A stretch of 64,000 nt of DNA from Candidatus Aminicenantes bacterium (lineage in GTDB: Bacteria > Acidobacteriota > Aminicenantia > UBA2199): assembly GCA_963764745.1 (NCBI GenBank), contig CAVXTN010000002.1, forward strand, positions 20,589 to 84,588. The letters are read 5' to 3'. Within the stretch, counting starts at the first letter, position 1. Every line of letters starts with the position of its first letter. The translations under genes and the position numbers were made by a program. Positions 41,537 to 52,436 of the stretch are shown one piece after another. The notes beneath the pieces were generated by a model. It ran no database searches. It saw only the letters and a list, made by a program, of their open reading frames with translations, and was not told the DNA's origin.

Positions 41537-44500
41537 CTACTTGGTCTTGATCTTGGCGAAATAGGTATACAGAACGGGAATGAAGAACAGGGTCAGGAAC
41601 GTCGTGGCGGTCAGGCCGCCGATCACCGACACGGCCATGGGCGCGCTCATCTCGCCGCCCTGCTTGGTGGTCATGGCCATGGGGATCATGCCGACGATGG
41701 TGGTGATCGAGGTGATCAGGACCGGGCGCAAGCGCGTGGCGGCGCCCTTGACCACGGCCTCCAGCTTGTCCATGCCCTCGCCGACGAGCTGGTTGATGTA
41801 GTCGACCATGACGATGCCGTTGTTCACGGCGATGCCGGTCAGGATGATGAAGCCCATGATGGCCCCCATGTTGATGGTCGTGTGGGTGATGGCCAGCAGC
41901 ACGACCACGCCGATGAAGCCCAGGGGGATGGTGAACATGTTGATGAAGGGGAACTTCAGGCTCTCGTAGAGCGAGGCCATGACGGCAAAGACCAGCACCA
42001 GGGCGATCAGCAGGGCGAAGCCCAGGGTGGTGAAGGTCTCGGTCATGTTCTCGTACTGGCCGGCTTGCTCGATGAAATAGCCTTCGGGCAGGCGTGAACT
42101 GATGTCCTTGGTCTTTTCCTTGATCTCCTTGACGATCGAGCCCAGGTCGCGGCCGATGAAGTTGGCCCCGATCGTGACCTTGCGCACCATGTTCTCGCGG
42201 TCGATGCGCACCGGGCCGAAGAGGCTCTTGAAATCGGCCACCTCGGAGAGGTAGACCTTGGCCCCGGTCGGCGTCTGGATGGGAAGTTTTTTCAGGTCAT
42301 CGATGGAGGTGCGGTCGCTCTCCTTGAGCTGCACGCGGATGTCGCGGTCCTCGCCTTCCAGGATCATGCGCGACACCACGGTGCCGATGGTATAGGTACG
42401 GACCTGGCTGGAGATGGCATAGGGGGTCAGCCCCAGCTTGGATGCCTCCTCCTTCTTGATGTGCAGCTGCAGTTCGGGCTTGCTCTTTTCCAGAGAGATC
42501 TTGACGTCGCGCAGGCCCTTGATGTCGACGATCCGGGCGCGGACGCTCTCGGCGATGCGCTCCAGGCGGCCCATGTCGCGGCCGAAGCAGTTGATCTCGA
42601 TGGGGTTGGTCGAGGAGCCCATCATCGAGGCGCCGGCGATGTCGATGGCCGTGATCCGGCTGTTCTCCAGGGTGGGGAACGATTGGCGCCAGCGCTCCAG
42701 GATCTGCTTGTCCGATTCCTTGCGCTCGCCGCTGGGCTTCAGGTAGGCGTAGATGATGGCTTCGTAGGAGCCGGCGGCGCCGGTGCCGCTGGCCGTGTCC
42801 TGGGCGTTCTGCTCGCTGGAGCCGACCTGGACGAAGGTGGTGATGACGTTGGGGTCCTTCAGCGACTGCTTCTCGATATACTTGACGATGCGGTCGGTCT
42901 CGTCGACATTGGTGCCGACCGGCATGGAGAGCTTCAGGTAGAGCATGGAGTTGTCGGTCGCGGGCATGAACTCGGTGCCCAGGAAGGCGGCGCCGACCAT
43001 GGAGAGGACAAAGGCGGCGATGATGCCGATCAGCACCTTCTTTCTATGGACCAGGGCCTTGCGCAGCCAGCCTTCATAGCGGTCGCGCGCCGGTGTGAAC
43101 TTGTCCTCGCCCAGGTCCACGATCCCCTCGGCCGTCTGCGCCCCTTTTTTCTTGTGGGCGCGGAACATCCAGGCGGCCAGCATGGGGACGATGGTCAGGG
43201 CCACGAACAGCGAGGCCATCAGGGCGATGATCACCGAGACGGCCAGGCTCTGCGCCAGGCGGCCGGCGATGCCGGTGGCGAACATCATGGGGAAGAAGAC
43301 GGCCACGGTGGTCAGGGTGGAGCCGGTGATGGCCAGCCCGACCTCGGACGTGCCCTTGCGGGCCGCCTCGGTCGGGGTCATCCCCTCCTGCAGGTGGCGG
43401 AAGATGTTCTCGATGACCACCACGGCATTGTCGACAAGCATGCCCACCCCCAAGGCAAGCCCTCCCAGGGTGATCAGGTTCAAGGTGTAGCCCATGATAT
43501 AGAAGGCGATGAATGCCACCACGATGGACAGCGGGATGGTGATGCCGATGGCCAGGGTGGGCTTGAGGTTGCGCAAAAACAGGAAGATGATCAGCATGGC
43601 CAGCAGGCCGCCTTCCAGGATGTTGATGGTCGACTTGTTGGACATCATCTCGATGATGCGCGACATGTCGAGCCAGACGTGGAACTTGACCCCGCCCTTG
43701 AGGGTCGGCTCGATCTCGGCCAGCACTTTCTTCACCTGGCGGGCGACCAGCACCGAGTTGGCGCCCGAGCTCTTGGTGACCATCATCATGATGCCCGGCT
43801 GGCCGTTCATGCGCAGCTTGAGGCGGGCCTCCTTCGGGGCTTCCTTCACCGTGCCGATATCCTTGAGGAAGATCGGCGCACCCGTGCGGCTGATGCCGAT
43901 CAGGATGTCGTCGATCTCGGAGATGGTCTTGAACTCGCCCATGGTGCGCAGCAGGAATTCCTTGTGGTTCTCGGTCATGTAGCCGGCGGGCAGGTTGATG
44001 TTCGAGGCCTGGATGGCCCCTTCCACCTGGCCGATGTTCAGGCCGCGCGACTCGAGCTTGCCCTTGTCGACGCTGACCAGCGACCTCGTCCATCTCGGGC
44101 GAAAAAACCGCGGTCGAGGCCACGCCCTCGATGCGCTCCAGGCGCGTGGCCACCTCGTTGTCGATGTAGTCGCGCAGCTTGCTCAGGCTCATGTCGCCGC
44201 CGGTGATGCCGTAGGCGATGATCGGCATCTGCGAGAAATTGAACTTCATGACGAAGGGCTTCGTCGGCCCCGGCGGGAAGGTATTGCGAATACATGCCGA
44301 TGGTGTCGCGCACGTCCTGGGCGGCGAAGTCGAGGTTGATCCCCCATTCGAACTCGATCATGACCACCGATTGCCCCTCGAGGGAGATGGACTTCAGCTC
44401 CTTGATGCCCGAGACCGTGGATACCCACTGCTCGACCGGACGGGTGATGTTCTGCTCGATGTCCTCGGAGGAGACGCCGCTGTAGGTCGTGATCACGGTG

Positions 44501-44634
44501 ATATAGGGGTAATCCATGTCGGGCAGCATGTCCAGGCCCAGCTTGGTGAACGAGATCATGCCCAGAATGACGATGACCAGGACGACCATGGACATCGTCA
44601 CCTTTTTTTTAAGCGAAAAATCGACGATCTTCAT
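41537..44634 (-). CDS. RND efflux transporter, AcrB/HAE1-like inner-membrane pump (frame-disrupted near the 5' end)
   Basis: ORF 41537..44026 (829 aa, intact) covers most of the 12-TM pump with its large periplasmic loops. The N-terminus MKIVDFSLKKKVTMSMVVLVIVILG is in ORF 44038..45033, and the middle piece (MKFNFSQMPIIAYGITGGDMSLSKLRDYIDNEVATRLERIEGVA) is in ORF 43074..44249. There is an ATGA overlap with the adaptor gene. Confidence 0.88.
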
Positions 44635-45719
44635 TTTTTGTCTCCAGCCATGACGATGGCGGTCCCTTCCTTCAGGTCGTAGTTGCCCTCGACCAGCACC
44701 GGGTCGCCGGGACCCACACCGGACAGGACTTCGAAGCGGGAATCGTCCTTCAGGCCGATGGTCACGGCGCGCTTGTGGGCCATGCCGTTGTCGTTGACCA
44801 TCACTTCCTTGTCGCCGGCCAGCAGGGCGGAAAGCGGCAGCATGTATACATTTTCCTTGTGGATGTATTCGATGGAAATGTCGGCATAGACGCCGGCCTT
44901 GATCTTCATGTCCGGGTTGTCGATCTTGATCTCCACCTTGAAGGTCTTGGAGAGCGGGTCGGCGGCCAGGTTCTTGGAATAGACCTCGCCGCTGAAGGTC
45001 TCGCCGGGGCGCGAGGATATCTTGACCAGGCACTTCTGGCCGATCCGGATCTTCTCGATCTCCTCGGCCGGGACATCGACCGTGACCTTGACCTTGGACA
45101 GGTCCATCAGGGTCAGGATGCTCTGGCCCATGCCCATCATGGGGTTGATCATGTCGCCCTCTTCCATGTTCTTGGCGGCGATGATGCCGGCGAAGGGCGC
45201 TTTCATATAGGCGTTTTTGGCGGTGTAATCCACCAGGTCCAGGTTGGCCTTGGCGCTCTTCATCTGGGTGTCGGCGGCGTCCAGGGCCAGCTGCGTGTTC
45301 TCGTACTGCATTTGCGAGATGGCCTTGTTCTCCAGCATCTTTTTCATGCGCTCGGCGTTCAGCTTGGCGTTCTGGTAGGCGGTCTGGGCCACGGCCATGG
45401 CGGCCCGGGCCTGCTTCTGCTGCAGCTCCAGTGAGGTCATGTCCAGCGTGGCCAGCAGCTCGCCCTGGCCGACCTTGTCGCCCTGCTTTTTCAGGATGCG
45501 CCCGACCCGGCCGGAGGCGTCGGGGGCGATATTGGCCGTCTTCCAGGCGCTGACCGTGCCGTTATAATTGAAGTATTTTGCCAGGGTCCCTTTCTGCGGC
45601 AGCTCGACCTTGACCAGCAGCGGCTTCTGCTGCAGGTCGACCACTTCCTTCTTTTTCGAGCAGAAGGACAGGGCAACGATGAAAACCAGAACCAATAATG
45701 CGATAGAAATTTTTTTCAT
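44631..45719 (-). CDS. RND efflux periplasmic adaptor (membrane fusion protein, HlyD/AcrA-like)
   Basis: Intact 362-aa ORF with a signal/lipoprotein-like N-terminus (LVFIVALSFCS), a coiled-coil hairpin and beta-barrel domains. ATGA overlaps occur at both ends. Confidence 0.88.
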   Translation of the reverse strand: MKKISIALLVLVFIVALSFCSKKKEVVDLQQKPLLVKVELPQKGTLAKYFNYNGTVSAWKTANIAPDASGRVGRILKKQGDKVGQGELLATLDMTSLELQQKQARAAMAVAQTAYQNAKLNAERMKKMLENKAISQMQYENTQLALDAADTQMKSAKANLDLVDYTAKNAYMKAPFAGIIAAKNMEEGDMINPMMGMGQSILTLMDLSKVKVTVDVPAEEIEKIRIGQKCLVKISSRPGETFSGEVYSKNLAADPLSKTFKVEIKIDNPDMKIKAGVYADISIEYIHKENVYMLPLSALLAGDKEVMVNDNGMAHKRAVTIGLKDDSRFEVLSGVGPGDPVLVEGNYDLKEGTAIVMAGDKK

Positions 45720-47046
45720 GCGACTCCTCCGTTCAAATTGATGCCGGTGATTTTTTCCAATTCGGCGATGGCGATATTATAGTTATACAGGGCCTGCAGG
45801 TAGTTGACCTTGGCCCGGGTCAGTTCATTGTAGGAAGAATTCAGTTCCAGGATGGTGATCATGCCGTTCTTGTAGCTCAGCTCGGCGATGCGCGCCCCTT
45901 CCTTGGCGCTCTCCATGTTCTTCAGCCCCATCTGGATGTTCTCGTATTCCTGGCGGATGGTGCGGTAGCCGCTCTCGACCTCCAGGCGGGTGGCGTCGCT
46001 CAGCTGCTTGACGTTCAGGTCCATGATCTTTTTCATCACGTTCATCTCGCCGATCTGGGCGCTGCGCTTCAGGCCGGTGAAGATGGGCCAGCTCATGCCC
46101 AGGGAGATGGAGTAGTAATCCTGCCAGTTGTTCCTGCGCAGGTTGAAATAGTCGGACTGGTAGCTGTAGGCGGCCACCAGGGAAAAATTCGGCACGTACT
46201 GCGCCCAGGCGATCTTGAGCAGGTTGTCGATCTTCTGCTTGCTGCATCTGCAGCTGCAGCAGCTCGGAGCGGCTTTTCAGCGAGTTCTGCAGCAGGCCGG
46301 CCAGCTCCAGCTGCACCTGGCGGTAGCCCAGCTCGCCCTGCAGGCGGATCTCCTGCGGCGGCGGCAGGCCCAGCATCAGCTTCAGCCCCAGGACGGAGGT
46401 TTCCAGCAGGTTCTCCACGCGCAGCACGTCGGGCTTGGTGGCGCTGAAGGCCAGCTCGGCCCGCAGCAGGTCGTACTGGGAGGCCATGCCCAGATCGAAG
46501 CTGTTCTTGACGTTGTTGAAGTTGTTCTCGGCCAGGGCAAAGGCTTCCTTGTGGGCCTTGAGCAGCTCCTGCATGATCTGGATGTTGTAGAAGGCCTTGC
46601 GCACGTTCAGGATGGTGTCGGCCCGCGAGTTCTTTTCCCTCTCCTTGGCCAGGCGCAGGTCCAGCTCGGCGTTCTTGTAATTGAAGAAGATCTTGCCGCC
46701 GGTGAACACGGGCTGGACGATCTGAAAGGAGAATGAATAATCCAGCTGGAAGCGCAGGGAGGCCTTGGTGGGTTCGCCGCCCGGGGACGAAGGACGGGAT
46801 CTCGATGGTCATCAGCTTCTGGTCGAGGATCTTGGACCCCGACAGCGTCGCCTCGGGCAGAAAGCCGAAGTTCTGCATCAGGCGGTAGCGGTACTGCCTG
46901 ACTTCCTGCTGGCTGACCTGGTAGGCGGGATTGTTGGCGATGGCCAGCTTGGATCGCCTGGTCCACGGTCAGGTCCATGGGCGGCTTCTGCGGCAAATCC
47001 CAGAGCTGCCCAGCAAAAGCAAAACAAGTAGTGCTCGTTTCATCAT
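45716..47046 (-). CDS. TolC-like outer membrane efflux protein (heavily frame-disrupted)
   Basis: Signal peptide MMKRALLVLLLLGSSGI. This is followed by MDLTVDQAIQ (ORF 46607..), NFGFLPEATLSGS (ORF 46093..), ORF 45825..46709 and ORF 45716..46195 (typical OEP repeats: LNVKQLSDATRLEVESGYRTI ... ALYNYNIAIAELEKITG). At least 4 breaks. Confidence 0.8.
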
Positions 47047-47051
47047 GCCTC

Positions 47052-47653
47052 CTATGCCAAGAATGCCGTTCTTCAAAAGTCTCATGATCAGTTTCTTCAT
47101 CTTTTCATGGTCGTTGATCTCGCCCTTGATCGAGTCCCAGAAGGCCCCCTCGAGCAGGGTGCTCAGCGCCATGCCGATCATCTCCTCGGAGAATTCCTCA
47201 AGGATCTCGGGACGGACGATGTCCTTCATGAACTCGCCCAGTTCCCTGGCGGTTTCCTGTCTTTTACGGATCTCCGCATTCATATGTTCTTCGATATCCT
47301 CGCATTCATTGACGACCAGGTGGTGCTCCCGGATCATCATCCTCAGGAAGTCGCGCTTTTCCTGCATGAGTTCGATGGAAAGATCGATGAACTCCTCGAT
47401 GATCAGGTACTTGTCCTTTTTCTGGCCCATGATGGCCTTGCCTTTTTCAGCGATATCGTTCTGGAACCGGTTGACCAGCCCCAGGAACAGCGAGGTCTTG
47501 CTCGGGAAATAATTGTAAAGGGTCGGCTTTGATATCTCGCATTTTTCGGCGATCTTGTCCATGGACGTATTTTTATAACCGTGCTGGGTGAAACAGGGTT
47601 TCGCAGCAATTGAGAATGAAATCGCGCATCAGATCTTCTTTGCTTTTGGTCAA
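47052..47653 (-). CDS. TetR-family transcriptional regulator (frame-disrupted at both ends)
   Basis: The HTH is FTQHGYKNTSMDKIAEKCEISKPTLYNYFPSK. ORF 46969..47562 carries the helical ligand domain and then runs in-frame into the TolC signal peptide. A TAG at 47054-47052 in another frame is the likely true stop. A TTG start at 47653 is assumed. Confidence 0.78.
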
Positions 47654-47668
47654 ACGCTTTACCTCTGG

Positions 47669-47701
47669 TTAAATTAATTTACTCACGGGGTAATTAATTA
47701 A
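47669..47701. promoter_or_regulatory. AT-rich inverted repeat, candidate TetR operator
   Basis: TTAAATTAATTTAC-n7-GTAATTAATTAA has imperfect arms with one extra T. It sits between the predicted -10 element and the tetR start codon. Confidence 0.5.
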
Positions 47702-47714
47702 CTCGACGTAAACA

Positions 47715-47743
47715 ATTTTAACTTGGAGTTAAGTTTTTGTCAA
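47715..47743 (-). promoter_or_regulatory. Sigma70-like promoter candidate for the tetR-tolC-MFP-RND operon
   Basis: The minus strand reads TTGACA (47743-47738), 17 nt, TAAAAT (47720-47715). The -35 element overlaps the tag stop codon. Confidence 0.6.
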
Positions 47744-48324
47744 CACTTTTTATTTTTTTTTAAATTTATTTCATTGTATCTGAAGCAGTCGACCAAATGA
47801 TCGTTGACCAGGCCCGTGGCCTGCATCAGGGCATAGACGATGGTGGAACCCACGAACTTGAATCCGCGGCGGACCAGGTCCTTGCTCAGCAGGTCCGATA
47901 CTTCCGTGCGGGCCGGCATCTGCGCCAGCGCTCGCCAGCGGTTGCGGATCGGCTTTCCCTGGACGAACGACCAGATATATCTGTCGAAGCTGCCGAATTC
48001 CTCCCTGATCTTGACGAAAGCGCGGGCATTGCCCACCGAGGCGGCGATCTTGGCGCGGTTGCGGATCAGCCCCGGGTCGGACAGCAGCCTGGCGATCTTT
48101 TTTTCGCCGTACCCGGCGACCTTGGCGAAATCGAAGCCGTCGTAGGCCTTGCGGTAGTTCTCCCTTCTTTTCAGGACCAGGAGCCAGCTCAGTCCGGCCT
48201 GGACGCCTTCGAGGAGCAGGAACTCGAACCATTTGCGGTCCTGGTGCACGGGCACTCCCCATTCCCGGTCATGATAATCGACGTACAAGGGGTCCGCGAA
48301 GCCCCAGGGACAGCGTTTCTTCAT
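47740..48324 (-). CDS. tag: DNA-3-methyladenine glycosylase I
   Basis: ORF 47740..48465 with probable start MKKRCPWG at 48324. It has the YHDREWGVP motif and the characteristic FEFLLLEGVQAGLSW and FVGSTIVYALMQATGLVNDH segments. Intact. Confidence 0.9.
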   Translation of the reverse strand: MKKRCPWGFADPLYVDYHDREWGVPVHQDRKWFEFLLLEGVQAGLSWLLVLKRRENYRKAYDGFDFAKVAGYGEKKIARLLSDPGLIRNRAKIAASVGNARAFVKIREEFGSFDRYIWSFVQGKPIRNRWRALAQMPARTEVSDLLSKDLVRRGFKFVGSTIVYALMQATGLVNDHLVDCFRYNEINLKKNKKC

Positions 48325-48414
48325 GAAGGTCTCCTTTCCGCCGGGCGGACGCTCGCTTGCCGCCACACGGCCATGGTAGCCGGCGATCGCCGCAAAAGTC
48401 AAGGTGCCGGCTCC

Positions 48415-48441
48415 TTGACAAAGCGTAACCGCTGGTATAAA
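48415..48441 (+). promoter_or_regulatory. Promoter candidate with extended -10 element, placing the transcription start at or next to ATG 48450
   Basis: TTGACA (48415-48420), 15-nt spacer ending in TGG, TATAAA (48436-48441). Only 8 nt (TTTTAAAA) separate the -10 element from the ATG, and no Shine-Dalgarno sequence is present. Confidence 0.4.
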
Positions 48442-48449
48442 TTTTAAAA

Positions 48450-50351
48450 ATGGCTGTACCCGCAAACGAATTGGAGGCGATCAAAAAAATATTGAGCTGC
48501 AAAAAGCTGCATATCCCGCGGCAAAAGATCGGCGAAAGCCTGGCCATGATCCGCAGTTCGCAGGAGATTTTTCCCCAGCCGCAGCAGCAGGCGCTGCTGG
48601 TGCAGTTGCTGCATACCTATGAGAATTCGAAAAAAAAAGTGGTCATCCAGCTGGAGGAGCTTGGTGAAAAAAAATTGCCCTTGACCGTGGTCATGGGCGT
48701 CCTGGCCGAGGACTGGACCGGCATGGCCAATTCCATCCTGGGCATCATCCACCAGAAGCACGGCAACGTTCTTTTCATGAAAGGCTTCACCCTGACCTTC
48801 GAGGACCGCAAGCTGGGTCTCGTCATCCTCTCTTTCCTGATCCGCACGCCCGAGGAATACGGCCGTTTCCTGAAAGACAAGAACAATCTGCTGAACGCGC
48901 TCAAGGAAGCTTCGCAGGGAACCTTGGGCAAAACCCTGCTGCTGGAAGACGAAACCATCAAATTCGAGATTTACAACCAGGTCATCAAGACCATAAAAAA
49001 AATGTACCGCGGAGCGGATATCGAAGAGATCATCGGCGAAAACGGCGAAACCCTGAAATTCTTCTCTTCGCGTTCCCGGGAATACCTGCAGGAGCGGAAG
49101 CTGTCCGACCTGGCCGGGCTGGTGATCGACAACTACAAGTTCCAGAAGCAGGTCCGCGACGGCCTGGCCGACAAGAAGATCAAGATAAAAAATTTCGAGA
49201 CCCTGGACGAGAAGCTCACCGGCATCACCTTCGTCTGCTGGGAGGAGAACTTCTCCGTTGAAAATTTCCTGAAAACCCTGGATTTCATCGTCCCGGGGCA
49301 CATCATCAAGCACCACAAGAGCTTCGTTTCGAGCGAAAAGCTCCTGGTCTACCGCATCGAGATCGTCGACAGCCACAATCTGCCCCTGAATCCCGACGCC
49401 ATCAAGTCCATCGAGAGCTCGCTCGAAAAGCTGATCAGCACCTCGGTCGATGAAAAATTCTCCCAGATCAAGTCCGTGGGCGGCTACGAGCATTACGCCC
49501 GGGCCATCATCCCGTTCCTGATGGAGGAATTGAAGGTCACCGGCATCAGCCAGGTGTTCATGAGCGTGGAAAAGAAGACCGAGTTCATGATGCAGCTGAA
49601 GCTTATCCTCGTTTCCAGGCAAAGCAATGGCAACAGCCAGAACAAGCTGATCCGCCTGCTGGAGTGCCGCAAGGGCATCGAGATCCTGTCGGTCACCCCT
49701 CCCCGCCTCTACCAGAAGCAGACTGAGGTCAACATCCTGAACCTGAAGATCACCCTCGCCGACTTCGTTTCCATCGCCGCCATTTTCCAGACCATCAAGA
49801 ACATCCTGAAAAGCCTGTACGGCCAGGTCCGGGATTTTGACGAGGGCCTGCGCGACAGCGACATGCGCTCGCTGATGGACCTGACCGCCGAGGTTCGCAG
49901 CCTGAATCCCCTGCTGATCAAGGAGATCTACTACAATTTCGACGAGATCTACCGCCTGGAAACGGCGCCAAAGGTCATGGCCGAGATCATGAAGCTCGTC
50001 TGCGCGACCGTCAAGGCCGCCAAAAAAGAGGAAATGGACCGCGTGATCGTCAAATACAAGAACATCAGGCACCCGTTTAAAAATGAATTCGTCAAGACCA
50101 TTTTCGTCATTTCTTATGTCAAGGAAAAGAAGATCTTGAGCAAACTCTTCAATTACCTGCAGGACATAGAGGTTTACTTTACCCGCATCGAATGGGAACA
50201 GCGCTTTTACCTGATCCTGATATTCAAAAAGGAAAACCTGGCTTTGCCCGCTGACGAGATCAAGAGGATCAAAACCGAGGTTTTGGGCAAATTCCTGAAA
50301 AACGCATTGTTCATCGACGCCTCCAACCAGGCCGCCGATGAAGAGTGCTGA
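48450..50351 (+). CDS. Hypothetical 633-aa protein built of about four ACT-like regulatory modules; function unknown
   Basis: Intact ORF. Beta-alpha-beta-beta-alpha-beta-like segments recur: LTVVMGVLAEDWTGMANSILGIIHQKHGNVLFMKGFTL, KLTGITFVCWEENFSVENFLKTLDFI, MMQLKLILVSRQSNGNSQNKLIRLLECRKGIEIL and KTIFVISYVKEKKILSKLFNYLQDIEVYF. I recognised no catalytic motif. Confidence 0.5.
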   Translation: MAVPANELEAIKKILSCKKLHIPRQKIGESLAMIRSSQEIFPQPQQQALLVQLLHTYENSKKKVVIQLEELGEKKLPLTVVMGVLAEDWTGMANSILGIIHQKHGNVLFMKGFTLTFEDRKLGLVILSFLIRTPEEYGRFLKDKNNLLNALKEASQGTLGKTLLLEDETIKFEIYNQVIKTIKKMYRGADIEEIIGENGETLKFFSSRSREYLQERKLSDLAGLVIDNYKFQKQVRDGLADKKIKIKNFETLDEKLTGITFVCWEENFSVENFLKTLDFIVPGHIIKHHKSFVSSEKLLVYRIEIVDSHNLPLNPDAIKSIESSLEKLISTSVDEKFSQIKSVGGYEHYARAIIPFLMEELKVTGISQVFMSVEKKTEFMMQLKLILVSRQSNGNSQNKLIRLLECRKGIEILSVTPPRLYQKQTEVNILNLKITLADFVSIAAIFQTIKNILKSLYGQVRDFDEGLRDSDMRSLMDLTAEVRSLNPLLIKEIYYNFDEIYRLETAPKVMAEIMKLVCATVKAAKKEEMDRVIVKYKNIRHPFKNEFVKTIFVISYVKEKKILSKLFNYLQDIEVYFTRIEWEQRFYLILIFKKENLALPADEIKRIKTEVLGKFLKNALFIDASNQAADEEC

Positions 50352-50366
50352 ACGCAAAGCCGCCTT

Positions 50367-52338
50367 ATGTTCAACCTGAACTCCCCCTATTCGGTCACCC
50401 CGGCCCAGCAGGATGCCGTCGAGGAGATCGTCGGCAATTTCCGCCAGGGCCGGCGCAAGCAGGTGCTGCTCGGGGTGACCGGCTCGGGCAAGACGTTCAC
50501 CATGGCCCAGATCATCGCGGCCCTGAACGTCCCCACCCTGGTGCTTTCGCCCAACAAGACGCTGGCCGCCCAGCTTTTCGCGGAATTCAAGGGCTTTTTC
50601 CCCAACGACCGCGTCGGCTATTTCATCAGTTATTACGATTACTACCAGCCGGAAGCGTTCGTGCCGCAGCGCAACCTCTACATCGCCAAGGAGGTTTCGA
50701 TCAACCCCGAGCTGGAAAGGCTGCGCCTGGACGCCACGCGCAACCTGCTGGAAGCCAGGGAAACGATCGTGGTGGCGTCGGTCTCGGCCATCTACAGCAT
50801 CGGCGCCCCCGAGGACTTCCTCGAGCAGAAGATCGCGCTGGCCGTGGGCGAGGAGGTACGCCGCGAGACGCTCCTGGACCAGTTCGTGCAGCTGGGCTAC
50901 AACCGCACCCACGATTTGATCGAGAGCGGCAAATTCCGCGTGCGCGGCCAGATCATCGAGATCTTTCCCACCAGCGAGGAGAATCCGCTGCGCCTGGTCT
51001 TCAGCGGCAATGAGCTCAGCCGCATCGGCCCCTTCGACGCCATCACCGCCGCCTGGCTCGGCGACAAGAAGCTGGTCAATGTCTTCCCGATCAATTTTTT
51101 CTTTTACCGCAAGACGCGCTTCCGGGAAGCGATCGCCCGCATCGGCGCCGAGCTGGAAGAGCGCGTCGCATATTTCAACTCGCGGGGCCAGGCCGACCTG
51201 GCCGAGCGCCTGCAGCAGCGGACCCGCTTCGACATGGAGATGCTCGACCAGTTCGGCCACTGCCCGGGCATCGAGAACTACTCCCTGCACCTGACCGGGC
51301 GGCGCACCGGCGAAGCCCCCTATACCCTGCTCGATTTTTTTCCCAAGGGATTCCTGACCATCATCGACGAATCGCACGTGACCGTGCCGCAGCTCAACGG
51401 CATGTACGCCGGCGACCGTTCGCGAAGATCCAAGCTGGTCGAATTCGGCTTCCGCCTGCCGTCGGCCCTGGACAACCGCCCCTTGAACTTCCCCGAGATC
51501 GCGGAGCGGCTGCAGAACGTGCTCTACGTTTCCGCCACCCCGGCGCCGTTCGAGATCAGCGACTCCGGCCAGCGGGTGACCAACCTCCTGGTTCGCCCCA
51601 CCGGCCTGGTCGATCCCGAGATCCTCATCAAGACGGCGGCCGACCCGGTGCAGGACATGCTGGTCGAGATAAGGAAGGTCATCGGCACGAGCCGGGTGCT
51701 GGTCACCACCCTGACCAAGAAGATGGCCGAGAAGCTGGCCGATTTCCTCACCCTGCAGGGCATCCGCTGCGCCTACCTGCATTCGGAGATCAAGGCCCTG
51801 GACCGGGTGAAGATCATCAAGAAGCTGCGCCAGGGCGAATTCGACGTGCTGATCGGCATCAACCTGCTGCGCGAGGGGCTCGACCTGCCCGAGGTCTCCC
51901 TGGTCATCGTCCTGGACGCCGACAAGGAGGGGTTCCTGCGCTCGGAGACCGCGCTGATCCAGACCTTCGGCCGCGCCTCGCGCAACATCAACGGCCGGGT
52001 CATCCTCTACCTGGACGACATGGTGCGCTCGGTGGAGAACGCCATCGCCGAGTCCGGGCGGCGGCGGCGCTACCAGGTCGCCTACAACCAGGAGCACGAC
52101 ATCACGCCGGCGTCGGTGCGGAGCCCGATCAAGGACTTCCAGGACGACGACTACTGGCTGAAAAAGAGCGAGGAGCCCCTGCCGACCGACTTCAAGACCA
52201 GGGAAGCGCTGGAAAAGGAGATCGCCAAGCTGACCGCGGCCATGAAAAAGAAGGCCGGCCAGACTCGATTTCAAGACCGCCGCCCAGCTGCGCGACCGCA
52301 TCAAGGTCCTGAAAAATCTCCTGATCGAGATGTTCTAA
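50367..52338 (+). CDS. uvrB: Excinuclease ABC subunit B (one frame break near the 3' end)
   Basis: ORF 50367..52433 has Walker A GVTGSGKTF, YYDYYQPEA, IIDESHVT and the helicase C motifs. After a break near 52265 the UVR domain continues in another frame (LDFKTAAQLRDRIKVLKNLLIEMF, TAA 52336-52338). Confidence 0.93.
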
Positions 52339-52380
52339 TCCCCTTTTTTTGTCATAAAGGGCCGATTTTGCCGGCGGGGC

Positions 52381-52409
52381 TTGCTTTTTTGTTTTTATAT
52401 CTTTACAAT
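52381..52409 (+). promoter_or_regulatory. Promoter candidate for the small SLT-domain gene
   Basis: TTGCTT (52381-52386), 17 nt, TACAAT (52404-52409). AGGTGA lies 5 nt before ATG 52437. Confidence 0.4.
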
Positions 52410-52436
52410 GTTTGGGCCTTTCGGGGCAGGTGACAT

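Noticed and set aside
48444-52304. A 1286-aa ORF on the minus strand spanning the ACT-like gene and uvrB. It is the longest ORF in the track.
   Set aside because: It is antisense to two plus-strand genes with unmistakable protein signals (uvrB Walker A, DESH, UVR domain). Its translation is low-complexity (D/L/G/V/Q/A/E/H-rich) with no recognisable motif. It looks like a shadow ORF produced by codon bias in GC-rich DNA.
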